A stretch of DNA of 32,000 nucleotides from Clostridiales bacterium. Its GTDB lineage: Bacteria > Bacillota > Clostridia > TANB77 > SIG350. Below, one piece after another: positions 18,064 to 26,978 of the stretch. The notes beneath the pieces were generated by a model. It was given only the letters and a program-made list of their open reading frames with translations, was not told the origin of the DNA and did not search any database. The position numbers and the translations under genes are program-made. The stretch lies in NCBI GenBank assembly GCA_015056545.1, contig SVGE01000002.1:92575-124574 (forward strand). Reading direction: 5' to 3'. Every line of letters starts with the position of its first letter. The first letter of the stretch is position 1.

Positions 18064-18720
18064 ATGTTTAAATCTGATGAAATATATGAAGATAAGTATA
18101 TACAAAAGATTTATGATGGTATTGAAGAATATGAAAAAAATGATTTTGCAACACATGGAAGAAAACACATATATAAAGTTACTAAAATTATTGAAACAAT
18201 TTTAACAAAATTAAATTATTCAGAAGATATTATTGAATGTGGAAAAATAGCAGCTCTACTGCATGATTTAGGATGCATGCAAGGGAAAAAAGAACATGAA
18301 ATTAGATCATATAATATTGCAAAACAATATCTAAAAGATAAACAATTAACAAAAAAGCAAAAAGAGGTTATATTAAATGCAATAATTAATCATAGAAATG
18401 TAAAAGAAGAAATGGACATTTTAGAAAGAGCTCTTGTTGTTTCAGATAAATTAGACTATACCAAAAATAGATTAACAAAAGAAAGTTTAAAAATTGAGGG
18501 ATTAAGTGAATTACAATATGTTAATGAAATTGTTATAGATATAACTGAAAATGAATTTATTGTTAGATTTATTACAGAAAAAGAGTTTAAAAAGGAATTG
18601 CTAGAAAAATACTATTTTACAGAAAAAGTATTTAAAGCAATTAATAGTTTTAGTGAATATATTAATAGAAAACCAGTTATATTAATAAATGATATAATTT
18701 GGATTTTTAGTATTAATTAA
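18064..18720 (+). CDS. HD-domain phosphohydrolase-like protein
   Basis: H..(HGRKH) followed by AALLHDLG, the HD signature. 218 aa. GAGGTGA RBS. Confidence 0.75.
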   Translation: MFKSDEIYEDKYIQKIYDGIEEYEKNDFATHGRKHIYKVTKIIETILTKLNYSEDIIECGKIAALLHDLGCMQGKKEHEIRSYNIAKQYLKDKQLTKKQKEVILNAIINHRNVKEEMDILERALVVSDKLDYTKNRLTKESLKIEGLSELQYVNEIVIDITENEFIVRFITEKEFKKELLEKYYFTEKVFKAINSFSEYINRKPVILINDIIWIFSIN

Positions 18721-18737
18721 GGAGGTTAAAATATATT

Positions 18738-19524
18738 TTGAGTGCATTTTATTATGTATTTTTATATTTTATTATATATAGTATTTTAGGGTGGATATGT
18801 GAAGTAATATATTGTTTTGTTTTAGATAAAAAAATAACTAATAGAGGCTTTTTAGAAGGTCCATATTGCCCTATTTATGGAACAGGTGGGTTAATAGTTG
18901 TATATTTTCTTTTACCAGTAAAAAATATGCCAATTGCAGTATTTGTTTTAGGAATGATACTTGCTAGTATATTAGAGTATATTACAAGTTTTGTTATGGA
19001 AAAGTTATTTGATACTAGATGGTGGGATTATTCAAATAATAGATTTAATATAAATCGGTAGAGTATGTTTATTAAATTCAATTTTATTTGGAATATTGTC
19101 TTTATTCGCTATGTATTTAATTCATCCATTTGTTGTTGATATAATTGAAATGATACCAACGATTATAATACCAATTATTTCAACTATTTTATTAGTAGTA
19201 TTTACTGCAGATTTAATCAAGACAATTCTTATTATGATAAATTTAAAACAAAGACTATTAAAATTAAAACAATTAAAAGAAGAATTAGATATGAAGTTAA
19301 CTGATTTTACTAAAAACGATTATACACATGTTATAGCTGAAATGTTAGAAAGACAAATAAATGATTTAATTGCTGAAAAAAGATATTTTGAAAATAGACT
19401 AATTAATTCTTTTAAACATATTAAATCTGACTCTTTTAGTGAGCAAATTAAAAAGATAAAAGAAGAGATAGAAAAAGTAAAAAATGAAAGAAAACAAGCC
19501 AAAAAATTAAGAAAGGAAGTATAA
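18738..19524 (+). pseudogene. PF06541-like (putative ABC-transporter type IV / DUF1113) membrane protein gene, split by a +1 frameshift near nt 19056
   Basis: ORFs 18738..19061 and 19096..19524 are two halves of one gene. Removing C19056 reads ...RWWDYSNNRFNINGRVCLLNSILFGILSLFAMYLIHP..., joining them seamlessly. The N-terminal segment YSILGWICEVIYCFV...GPYCPIYG is typical of the family. Confidence 0.7.
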
Positions 19525-19527
19525 AAT

Positions 19528-20196
19528 ATGGCATGTTACAGTATGCATTTAGCTTTTGCTAAAATTGTTAATGAAAAATTAAAAATGAATGAAAAAGATT
19601 TTTGTGTAGGAGCATTAGCAGCAGATATATGCAAAAAAGAGTTTTATACAAAAAGAATAACACATTTTGGAAATGAACATGTAAAGGTCAAATTAAATGA
19701 ATTTTTAAAAAAATACAATGAAAAACTTGATAACCCTTTTATAATGGGGTATTTAGTACATATATATTTAGACTATGTTTTTTTTGAAAGATTTTTATCT
19801 AACTTTTTTGATATTATTGAAGGTGAATATTATTCAGATATGACTTCTATTTTTAAAGAAAAAAAGTCTGGAAAAATATTAACAGCAAGAGAGTTATATA
19901 GTGAAAGATTTTATAATACATATACTAATATTAATAAAAAACTTGTGGAAAAATATAATCTTCCTGCTTTTTTTGAAATAACAGATGAAGATTTAAAAAG
20001 ATATAATGTTATAGACGAATATAATGTTAATAATTTATTAAATATAAATAATGAAATAGAAAAATTTATTAATTCAAAAGAACAAATTCCAGAAAATGAT
20101 GATATATATACTATAGATGAATTTGAAGAATTTATTAATAAGTATGCAAAGGAATTTATTAATGAATATGAAAATATTAATCTTAAAGCTAACTAA
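19528..20196 (+). CDS. Hypothetical protein, possibly of the zinc-dependent phospholipase C-like superfamily
   Basis: His-rich N-terminal pattern (SMHLAFA...ITHFG...GYLVHIYLDY) recalls Zn-PLC-like proteins of Clostridia. The assignment is tentative. Translationally coupled to the upstream gene by a 3-nt gap. Confidence 0.45.
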   Translation: MACYSMHLAFAKIVNEKLKMNEKDFCVGALAADICKKEFYTKRITHFGNEHVKVKLNEFLKKYNEKLDNPFIMGYLVHIYLDYVFFERFLSNFFDIIEGEYYSDMTSIFKEKKSGKILTARELYSERFYNTYTNINKKLVEKYNLPAFFEITDEDLKRYNVIDEYNVNNLLNINNEIEKFINSKEQIPENDDIYTIDEFEEFINKYAKEFINEYENINLKAN

Positions 20197-20212
20197 TAAA
20201 AGTTAGCTTTTT
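20185..20212 (+). terminator. Terminator of the HD/membrane/PLC-like operon
   Basis: AAAGCTAACT / AGTTAGCTTT hairpin overlapping the stop codon, followed by TT. Confidence 0.6.
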
Positions 20213-20423
20213 AAAATAAAATAATTATGTATATTTACATTAAACGGAAAATATGATATAAATACATTATCAAAATAATTATATGTTTCTTATGGAATAA
20301 TTCATTCCAAGTTTTCAAAAAATTAATTTATTCAAATAGAAAGTAGGTGATTAAATTAAATGCAATATTGACATATTGACAAAAGAAAAGATAGAGTATA
20401 CAATTAGTATAAGGAGGTAAAGT

Positions 20424-21344
20424 TTGAATAAAAAACATAAACCAAATAAAAGAGCAGATATAACATATGACTATATGTTTAAATATGTATTTGGTAATGA
20501 AAATAATAAAAAGTATACAGCAAAATTAATTGAATTAATTACAGGAATAAAAGTTTATAAAATTGAAATTGCTACTAATGTAGAGTTGGAGAAATTAAGA
20601 AAAAAAGAGAAAGTAAGTATATTAGATGTAAAAGCAAAAATAAATGATGGAATAGTTGTTAATATTGAGATGCAAAATAATAATGAATTAGATATGGCAG
20701 AGAGAACTGAAAGATATGGTAATAAAATATATTGTAATGAAATAAATAAAGGAAAGAAGTATAAAGATATTAAACAAGTTATATTAATAAATATATTAAA
20801 CTATAAATTAAATGAACATAAAGAGATTTTATCTAAAACAGTGTCTGTAATAGATAAACATAGAGAAACAGAAATTAAAACAAATATAAAGTATTATTTT
20901 TTAGAATTACCAAAAGCTAAAGGGAAAAATCTAGATTTAAATGATGAATTAACTGAGTGGGCAATTTATATGAGAGGAAAAGATATGGAGGTGATAGAAA
21001 TGATAAAAAAGAAGAATAAGGATATTAGGAGAATTGATAAAAAGATAAGAGAAGAAAAAAGGCGAGAAGAAAGACTAAGAATGGAAGAATTAAGATTTAA
21101 ATGGCAATATGATTGGGAATATACGAAAGCAAAAGCGGAAGAAAAAGGGGAAAAAAGAGGAAGAATAATTGGTAAAGAGGAAGGAATAAAAGAAGGAATA
21201 AAAGAAGGAATAAAAGAAGGAATAAAAGAAGGAATAAAAGATATTGCAATCAATATGATAAAAAATGGTTTTAAAATGGATGATATAATAATTGCCACAG
21301 GACTTGGAAATAGCGAATTAGAAGAATTGTATAATGGTATTTAA
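20424..21344 (+). CDS. Rpn-family (YhgA-like) PD-(D/E)XK recombination-promoting nuclease / putative transposase
   Basis: TTG start behind AAGGAGG. N-terminal YDYMFKYVFGNE and core ILDVKAKINDGIVVNIEMQ (D...ExQ) are hallmarks of the family. C-terminal helix IAINMIKNGFKMDDIIIATGL. Confidence 0.85.
   Translation: MNKKHKPNKRADITYDYMFKYVFGNENNKKYTAKLIELITGIKVYKIEIATNVELEKLRKKEKVSILDVKAKINDGIVVNIEMQNNNELDMAERTERYGNKIYCNEINKGKKYKDIKQVILINILNYKLNEHKEILSKTVSVIDKHRETEIKTNIKYYFLELPKAKGKNLDLNDELTEWAIYMRGKDMEVIEMIKKKNKDIRRIDKKIREEKRREERLRMEELRFKWQYDWEYTKAKAEEKGEKRGRIIGKEEGIKEGIKEGIKEGIKEGIKDIAINMIKNGFKMDDIIIATGLGNSELEELYNGI
21180..21239 (+). repeat. Perfect 12-bp tandem repeat (GAAGGAATAAAA) x5 encoding (EGIK)5 inside the Rpn gene
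   Basis: Read directly from the sequence. Confidence 0.95.
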
Positions 21345-21365
21345 TTACTTATTAAGGAGGTACAA

Positions 21366-21512
21366 ATGAGAAAAAGGAAAGAATATAATTTGAAATCTAA
21401 AATTAATAAATCTATAACAAAGTTTAAGAAAAAAATTGAAAGCAGAAAGAGAAAAGAATATGAAAAAGAAATTAATTTAAAACAAATAAGAGATATGTTT
21501 GATTATGAATAA
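21366..21512 (+). CDS. Small, highly basic protein (48 aa, MRKRKEYNLKSKINKSITKFKKKIESRKRKEYEKEINLKQIRDMFDYE)
   Basis: Not in the ORF track. AAGGAGG (21354-21360) lies 5 nt before the ATG. Confidence 0.4.
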   Translation: MRKRKEYNLKSKINKSITKFKKKIESRKRKEYEKEINLKQIRDMFDYE

Positions 21513-21547
21513 AATAAAGTAATTTATAGGGGATAGATAGGGGGAAT

Positions 21548-22144
21548 ATGAATTTATATATTTATCCATACATCTTTTGTATTATTATAGTTATATTTGT
21601 AGTAAGTATTTATTTAGTTTCATATGCTAATAATATAGTTTTTGATTCTACTTATTCATTAAAATTTGATAATATCCAATATAGTACATATGAATTAACT
21701 GGTAAATACCTTTGGCCAGTTATTGGATATAATAATATTACATCATATTATGGAAGAAGAAAAGCACCGACAGCTGGTGCGAGTACATTTCACAGAGGAA
21801 TAGACATAGGTGCTCCTACTGGAAGTAATTTAGTAAGTATTATGGATGGAATCGTTATAATGTCAAAATTTAATGGTGCGAATGGTTTTTCAATTATTGT
21901 TCAAAATGGAAATATGCAAGCTATATATGCTCATGTCCATGATAAATACCTTCCAGCATTAAATACAAAGGTAAAAAAAGGACAAGTAATAGGTAAGGTA
22001 GGTCCTAAAAATGTGTATAATGTGCCAAATAATCCATATAAAGATTCAAATGGTAATCCAACAAATGGAACAACAACAGGAGCGCATTTACATTTTTCAA
22101 TAAAAATAAATGGTGAATATGTTAATCCATTAGAATATATTTAA
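21548..22144 (+). CDS. M23-family (LytM-type) peptidoglycan endopeptidase with N-terminal TM anchor
   Basis: FHRGIDIGAPTGSNLVSIMDGIV and AHLHFSI motifs (HxxxD ... HxH). Confidence 0.88.
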   Translation: MNLYIYPYIFCIIIVIFVVSIYLVSYANNIVFDSTYSLKFDNIQYSTYELTGKYLWPVIGYNNITSYYGRRKAPTAGASTFHRGIDIGAPTGSNLVSIMDGIVIMSKFNGANGFSIIVQNGNMQAIYAHVHDKYLPALNTKVKKGQVIGKVGPKNVYNVPNNPYKDSNGNPTNGTTTGAHLHFSIKINGEYVNPLEYI

Positions 22145-22189
22145 TGAATATAAAATAATAATAAGGTTATAATATTGTTGGTGATATTT

Positions 22190-22327
22190 ATGGAACACGA
22201 AATAAATGAAAAAAGATTTATTAGGTCATATGAATTTATACCAGATTATCATAGATGGCTTACTATGTCTAAACAAAAAGAAATTGCAAATAAACTAGAA
22301 AATATTACAAAAGATAGAAAAAATTAA
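22190..22327 (+). CDS. Small ORF (45 aa, MEHEINEKRFIRSYEFIPDYHRWLTMSKQKEIANKLENITKDRKN)
   Basis: GGTGAT RBS-like element 5 nt upstream. Followed by a hairpin at 22339-22375. Weak call. Confidence 0.3.
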   Translation: MEHEINEKRFIRSYEFIPDYHRWLTMSKQKEIANKLENITKDRKN

Positions 22328-22379
22328 AGAAATTAAAGAAAAATCGAGTAAATTATATTTTTTTGCTCGATTTTTGATA

Positions 22380-22407
22380 TTGAATAAATTTAGAAATGTT
22401 ATATAAT
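22380..22407 (+). promoter_or_regulatory. Promoter of the ctsR operon
   Basis: TTGAAT (22380-22385), 16-nt spacer, TATAAT (22402-22407). Confidence 0.5.
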
Positions 22408-22413
22408 ATTAAT

Positions 22414-22430
22414 AGTCAAAGAAAGTCAAA
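22414..22430 (+). promoter_or_regulatory. CtsR operator (direct heptad repeat)
   Basis: AGTCAAA-GAA-AGTCAAA matches the CtsR box consensus (A/G)GTCAAAnAn(A/G)GTCAAA. Located just downstream of the -10. Confidence 0.85.
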
Positions 22431-22453
22431 GTAAGAAATGGAGATGAGATAAT

Positions 22454-22900
22454 ATGAGATTATCTGATTTAATTGAACAATGGATAAAAGAAAATATAAG
22501 TCAGCAAGAAGGATATATAGACCTTCAAAGAAATGAACTTGCTAGTAAATTTAATTGTGTACCTTCACAAATTAATTATGTAATAACAACAAGATTTAAT
22601 CCTAATAATGGTTATTATGTAGAAAGTAGACGTGGTGGCGGAGGATATATTAGAATTAAAAAAGTAGATTTTTCTAATTCTAATTATATTATGCATATTG
22701 TTAATGTAATAGGAGATACATTAACAGCTTATGAAAGTAATATTTTTATTAATAATTTATTAGATAAAAAAATAGTTACTGAAAAAGAAGCAAAATTAAT
22801 GAAAGTAGCAACAAATGACAAAGTTCTACAACTAGATTTTGATATAAAAGATATTGTAAGAGCAAATATATTAAAAAATATGTTAATTAATTTAATTTAG
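22454..22900 (+). CDS. ctsR: Class III stress-gene repressor CtsR
   Basis: Contains SDLIEQWIKE, CVPSQINYVITTRF and the glycine-rich loop RRGGGGYIRI. Confidence 0.95.
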   Translation: MRLSDLIEQWIKENISQQEGYIDLQRNELASKFNCVPSQINYVITTRFNPNNGYYVESRRGGGGYIRIKKVDFSNSNYIMHIVNVIGDTLTAYESNIFINNLLDKKIVTEKEAKLMKVATNDKVLQLDFDIKDIVRANILKNMLINLI

Positions 22901-22911
22901 GAGATGATTTT

Positions 22912-23448
22912 ATGAAATGTGATAAATGCAATAACCAAGCAACAGTTATATTTAAACAAAATATTAATGGTAAAATAACTCAGCAATATTTATGTGAAAA
23001 ATGTGCAAATGATATAAATATAGATATGGATATGAAAAAATTTAATGATGAATTTACAAATATTTTTGAAAATATGTTTAATTTGAATTTTGGTAATTAT
23101 TTAACAATAGATAAACCCAAAATAAAGAAGTGTGACACATGTGGAAACACATATGAAGATTTTATTCATAAAACAAAATTATCTTGTGAAAATTGCTATA
23201 AAACATTTAATAATGAATTAGATAATGTTATTAAAAAACTTCAAGGTTCTAATAAACATATTGGTAAACAATATGTTCAAATGGGAGATAATAAAGCTAA
23301 AGAAAAAGAAAAAGAAAAAGAAAAGAAAAAAGAAGATAAAGAAATAACAATTGATAAGTTAAAAGAAAAACTAAATCTGGCAATTAAAGAAGAAAGATAT
23401 GAAGATGCAGCAATTATCAGAGATGAGATAAAGAAAAGAGGTAACTAG
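22912..23448 (+). CDS. mcsA: McsA (zinc-finger / UVR-domain activator of McsB)
   Basis: CDKC...CEKC and CDTCG...CENC zinc-finger pairs. C-terminal UVR motif AIKEERYEDAAIIRDEI. Sits in the expected operon position. Confidence 0.85.
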   Translation: MKCDKCNNQATVIFKQNINGKITQQYLCEKCANDINIDMDMKKFNDEFTNIFENMFNLNFGNYLTIDKPKIKKCDTCGNTYEDFIHKTKLSCENCYKTFNNELDNVIKKLQGSNKHIGKQYVQMGDNKAKEKEKEKEKKKEDKEITIDKLKEKLNLAIKEERYEDAAIIRDEIKKRGN

Positions 23449-23450
23449 GT

Positions 23451-24464
23451 ATGAATTGGTATTTTAATGAAGGTAAAGATGGAGATATTGTAATTAGTAG
23501 TAGAGTAAGATTTGCACGTAATATACAAGGATTTAATTATACAAATAATTTAAATAAGACTAAACTTGAAGAAATTCTAAATATATTTGAAAATAATAAA
23601 CAGCTATTAAAAAAATATGGACTTAAGCTATTGCGTTTAGAAAATATGGATGATATAACTAAAGCTAGTTTAGTTGAAAAACATTTGATTAGTATTGAAC
23701 TTTTAAAATCTAAAGCATCAGCAATATTAATAAATGATGAAGAAAATATTTGTATAATGCTAAATGAAGAAGATCATTTAAGAATTCAGGTATTTTCAGC
23801 AGGTTTTGAAATATATAATATATATGAAATATTAAATAATATTGATGATGAATTTGGTAAATGTATAACATATCAATATAATAAGAATTATGGATATTTA
23901 ACATCATGTCCAAGCAATGTAGGTACAGGCTTTAGGTGTAGTGTAATGCTTCATCTGCCAGCACTTCAATTAAGTAGAAAACTTAATAAAATAATAGATA
24001 TAGCTAATAACTTAAATATTAATATTAGAGGAGCATATGGTGAAGGTACTAATTCATCTGGACATATGTATCAAATATCTAATAAAATAACTATTGGAGT
24101 TACTGAAAAAGAGATTTTAGATAATATAAATAATATTGTTTCTCAGCTAATTACATTAGAAAGAGAAGAAAGAAATAATCTTTTAAAAAATAAATTACAA
24201 TTAGAAGACAATATAAATCGAAAATATGGTATACTTAGTAATGCTAAAATTATTTCTTCACAAGAAATTAATGAATATATTTCATATATTCGTATGGGAA
24301 TATATATGAAGTTAATAGATAAAATAGATATTAAAAAATTAAATAAAATTGGTATATATACAAAAGTTGCATGTTTGCAAAAGTATTTTGGAAAAGTATT
24401 ATCTCCAAATGAAAGAGATGTATATAGAGCTAGAGTAATTAAGGATATATTAGAAGAAAAGTAA
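23451..24464 (+). CDS. mcsB: Protein arginine kinase McsB
   Basis: ATP:guanido phosphotransferase motifs: SSRVRFARN, EEDHLRIQ, CPSNVGTG.R.SVM.HLPAL. Confidence 0.93.
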   Translation: MNWYFNEGKDGDIVISSRVRFARNIQGFNYTNNLNKTKLEEILNIFENNKQLLKKYGLKLLRLENMDDITKASLVEKHLISIELLKSKASAILINDEENICIMLNEEDHLRIQVFSAGFEIYNIYEILNNIDDEFGKCITYQYNKNYGYLTSCPSNVGTGFRCSVMLHLPALQLSRKLNKIIDIANNLNINIRGAYGEGTNSSGHMYQISNKITIGVTEKEILDNINNIVSQLITLEREERNNLLKNKLQLEDNINRKYGILSNAKIISSQEINEYISYIRMGIYMKLIDKIDIKKLNKIGIYTKVACLQKYFGKVLSPNERDVYRARVIKDILEEK

Positions 24465-24476
24465 AGGAGGAATTTT

Positions 24477-26900
24477 ATGTATAAATATACAGAAAGAGCT
24501 GCACAAAGTATAAGAATAGCAGAGCAGTTAGCAACAGAATTAGGACATAATTATATAGGAACAGAACATATACTTTATGGATTGGTTCAAGAAGGAAGTG
24601 GTGTTGCATCAAGAGTTTTAGAAAATATAGGTGTTACAAGTAAAAAGGTTTATGAAACAATTGTTAATTTAATTGGTGTAGGGACACCTGGTGTAGAGAT
24701 TTTAGGATTTACACCAAGAGTCAAAAGAGTAATTGAACTTGCATATATTGAAGCTAGAAGGGATTCAAGTGGATATATTGGAACAGAACATATTTTACTT
24801 GGTATAATTCGTGAGGGAGAAAGTGTAGCAACAAGAATAATGATGGATTTAGGATTAGAACCACAAAGAATATTTGAAGAATTAGATAAAGTATTTACTG
24901 GAAAAGAAATGGATAATATGCAAATAGATACTAAGGAAGAAAAAGATACACCAACATTAAATCAATTTGGAAGAGACTTAACTAATATGGCTAAAGAAGG
25001 AAAATTAGATCCAGTTGTTGGTAGAGAAAATGAAATTCAAAGATTAATTCAAACATTAAGTAGAAGAACAAAAAACAATCCATGTTTAGTTGGAGAGCCT
25101 GGTGTTGGTAAAACTGCTGTTGTGGAAGGTCTAGCACAAAGAATTGTTTCAGGTAATGTTCCTGATGTATTGAAAGATAAAAGAATAGTTACATTAGATA
25201 TTTCTTCAATGGTAGCTGGTGCTAAATATAGAGGGGATTTTGAAGAAAGATTAAAAAAATCTCTTAAAGAAATAACTGCATCAGGAACTACAATAATATT
25301 TATTGATGAGCTACATACAATTGTTGGAGCAGGGGCTGCAGAAGGTGCAATAGATGCAGCAAATATTTTAAAACCAATGCTTGCAAGAGCTGAAATTCAA
25401 TTAATTGGTGCTACAACTTTAAATGAATATAAAAAATATATAGAAAAAGATTCAGCATTAGAAAGAAGATTTCAACCTGTAACTGTGGGAGAACCAACAG
25501 TTGATGAAGCAATTCAAATATTAATTGGAATTAAAGATAAATATGAAGCACATCATAAAGTAATAATATCTGATGAGGTTATTAAACAAGCTGTTTTGAT
25601 GTCAAATAGATATATTAATGATAGATTTTTGCCAGATAAAGCAATAGATTTAGTTGATGAAGCGGCTTCTAAGATTAAGTTAAAATCATATTCTGAGCCA
25701 GATAATATACGAAAAGCTAGTGAAAAGGTTGAAGAGATAAAAGCAGATAAAGAAAAAGCAATTAAGGAGCAAGATTTTGAAAAAGCAGCAAAATTAAGAG
25801 ATAAAGAAAATGAAGCTAAAAAAGCATTAACAGATTTGAAAGAAAAATGGAATTCAAATAAGCAAAAGAAAAAAGTTGAAGTTAAAGTTGAAGATATTGC
25901 AGATGTAATTAGTTTATGGACTGGTATTCCTACTAAACAATTAACCAAAACAGAACAAGAGAGATTAAAAAATCTTGAAAAAATTCTTCATCAGAGAGTG
26001 ATAGGGCAAGATGAAGCAGTTTCTGCTGTTGCTAAATCAATTAAAAGAGGAAGAGTTGGATTAAAAGATCCAAAAAGACCAACAGGTTCATTTATATTCC
26101 TTGGACCAACAGGTGTTGGTAAAACAGAACTTGCAAAAACATTAGCAGAAGAATTATTTGGTGATGAGAATTCAATTATTAGAGTAGACATGTCTGAATT
26201 TATGGAACAACATACAGTATCTAAATTAATAGGTTCACCACCAGGATATGTTGGATTTGAAGAAGGCGGTGGGTTAACTGAAAAAGTTAGAAGAAAACCG
26301 TATTCAGTAGTATTATTTGATGAGATAGAAAAAGCTCATCCAGATGTTTTAAATGTATTACTTCAAATATTAGATGATGGTATATTAACAGATGGGCAGG
26401 GTAAAAAAGTTAATTTTAAAAACTGTATAATAATTATGACTTCAAATATTGGTGCTAGAATTATTACAGATAAAAATACAATTGGATTTGAAAGCAAAGA
26501 AAGTGAAAATGAAAACTACAAAGATATTAAAAATAATGTAATGAAAGAAGTAAAAAAAGTATTAAAACCTGAGTTTTTAAACAGAGTTGATGAAATTATT
26601 GTATTCCATCAGTTAACAAAAGAAAATTTAGCAGATATTGTAGCAATTATGCTTAAACAATTTGAAAAAAGACTTGAAAATTTAGAGATTAAAATTAAAT
26701 TTGATAAAAAAGTTATAGAATTTATTATTGAAAAAGGATATGACAAAAACTATGGTGCTAGACCATTAAAAAGAGTTATACAAAACAATATTGAAGATAA
26801 ACTAGCAGAAGAAATGCTTAATAAAGATATTGAAAAAGGTGATAGCATTATTTGTAAAGTAAAAAACGATACAATTATTTTTTCAAAAAAAGAAGCATAA
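24477..26900 (+). CDS. clpC: ATP-dependent Clp protease ATP-binding subunit ClpC
   Basis: Two Clp_N repeats, two AAA+ modules (GEPGVGKT, GPTGVGKT) and a UVR-like linker (EQDFEKAAKLRDKE). Confidence 0.96.
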   Translation: MYKYTERAAQSIRIAEQLATELGHNYIGTEHILYGLVQEGSGVASRVLENIGVTSKKVYETIVNLIGVGTPGVEILGFTPRVKRVIELAYIEARRDSSGYIGTEHILLGIIREGESVATRIMMDLGLEPQRIFEELDKVFTGKEMDNMQIDTKEEKDTPTLNQFGRDLTNMAKEGKLDPVVGRENEIQRLIQTLSRRTKNNPCLVGEPGVGKTAVVEGLAQRIVSGNVPDVLKDKRIVTLDISSMVAGAKYRGDFEERLKKSLKEITASGTTIIFIDELHTIVGAGAAEGAIDAANILKPMLARAEIQLIGATTLNEYKKYIEKDSALERRFQPVTVGEPTVDEAIQILIGIKDKYEAHHKVIISDEVIKQAVLMSNRYINDRFLPDKAIDLVDEAASKIKLKSYSEPDNIRKASEKVEEIKADKEKAIKEQDFEKAAKLRDKENEAKKALTDLKEKWNSNKQKKKVEVKVEDIADVISLWTGIPTKQLTKTEQERLKNLEKILHQRVIGQDEAVSAVAKSIKRGRVGLKDPKRPTGSFIFLGPTGVGKTELAKTLAEELFGDENSIIRVDMSEFMEQHTVSKLIGSPPGYVGFEEGGGLTEKVRRKPYSVVLFDEIEKAHPDVLNVLLQILDDGILTDGQGKKVNFKNCIIIMTSNIGARIITDKNTIGFESKESENENYKDIKNNVMKEVKKVLKPEFLNRVDEIIVFHQLTKENLADIVAIMLKQFEKRLENLEIKIKFDKKVIEFIIEKGYDKNYGARPLKRVIQNNIEDKLAEEMLNKDIEKGDSIICKVKNDTIIFSKKEA

Positions 26901-26902
26901 TC

Positions 26903-26932
26903 TTGACAAAACTTATGTAACCTTGATATAAT
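26903..26932 (+). promoter_or_regulatory. Strong extended -10 promoter directly after the clpC stop
   Basis: TTGACA (26903-26908), 18-nt spacer ending TGa, TATAAT (26927-26932). No terminator lies between clpC and this promoter. Confidence 0.65.
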
Positions 26933-26978
26933 AATCGAGGCAAATCTCGAAATATTATAATAAGGAGGCATAGTTATT

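Noticed and set aside
23298-23335. AAAGAA-type low-complexity repeat (KEKEKEKEKKKED) in mcsA.
   Set aside because: It is an imperfect, lysine/glutamate-rich linker typical of AT-rich genomes. It is not a discrete tandem repeat of interest.
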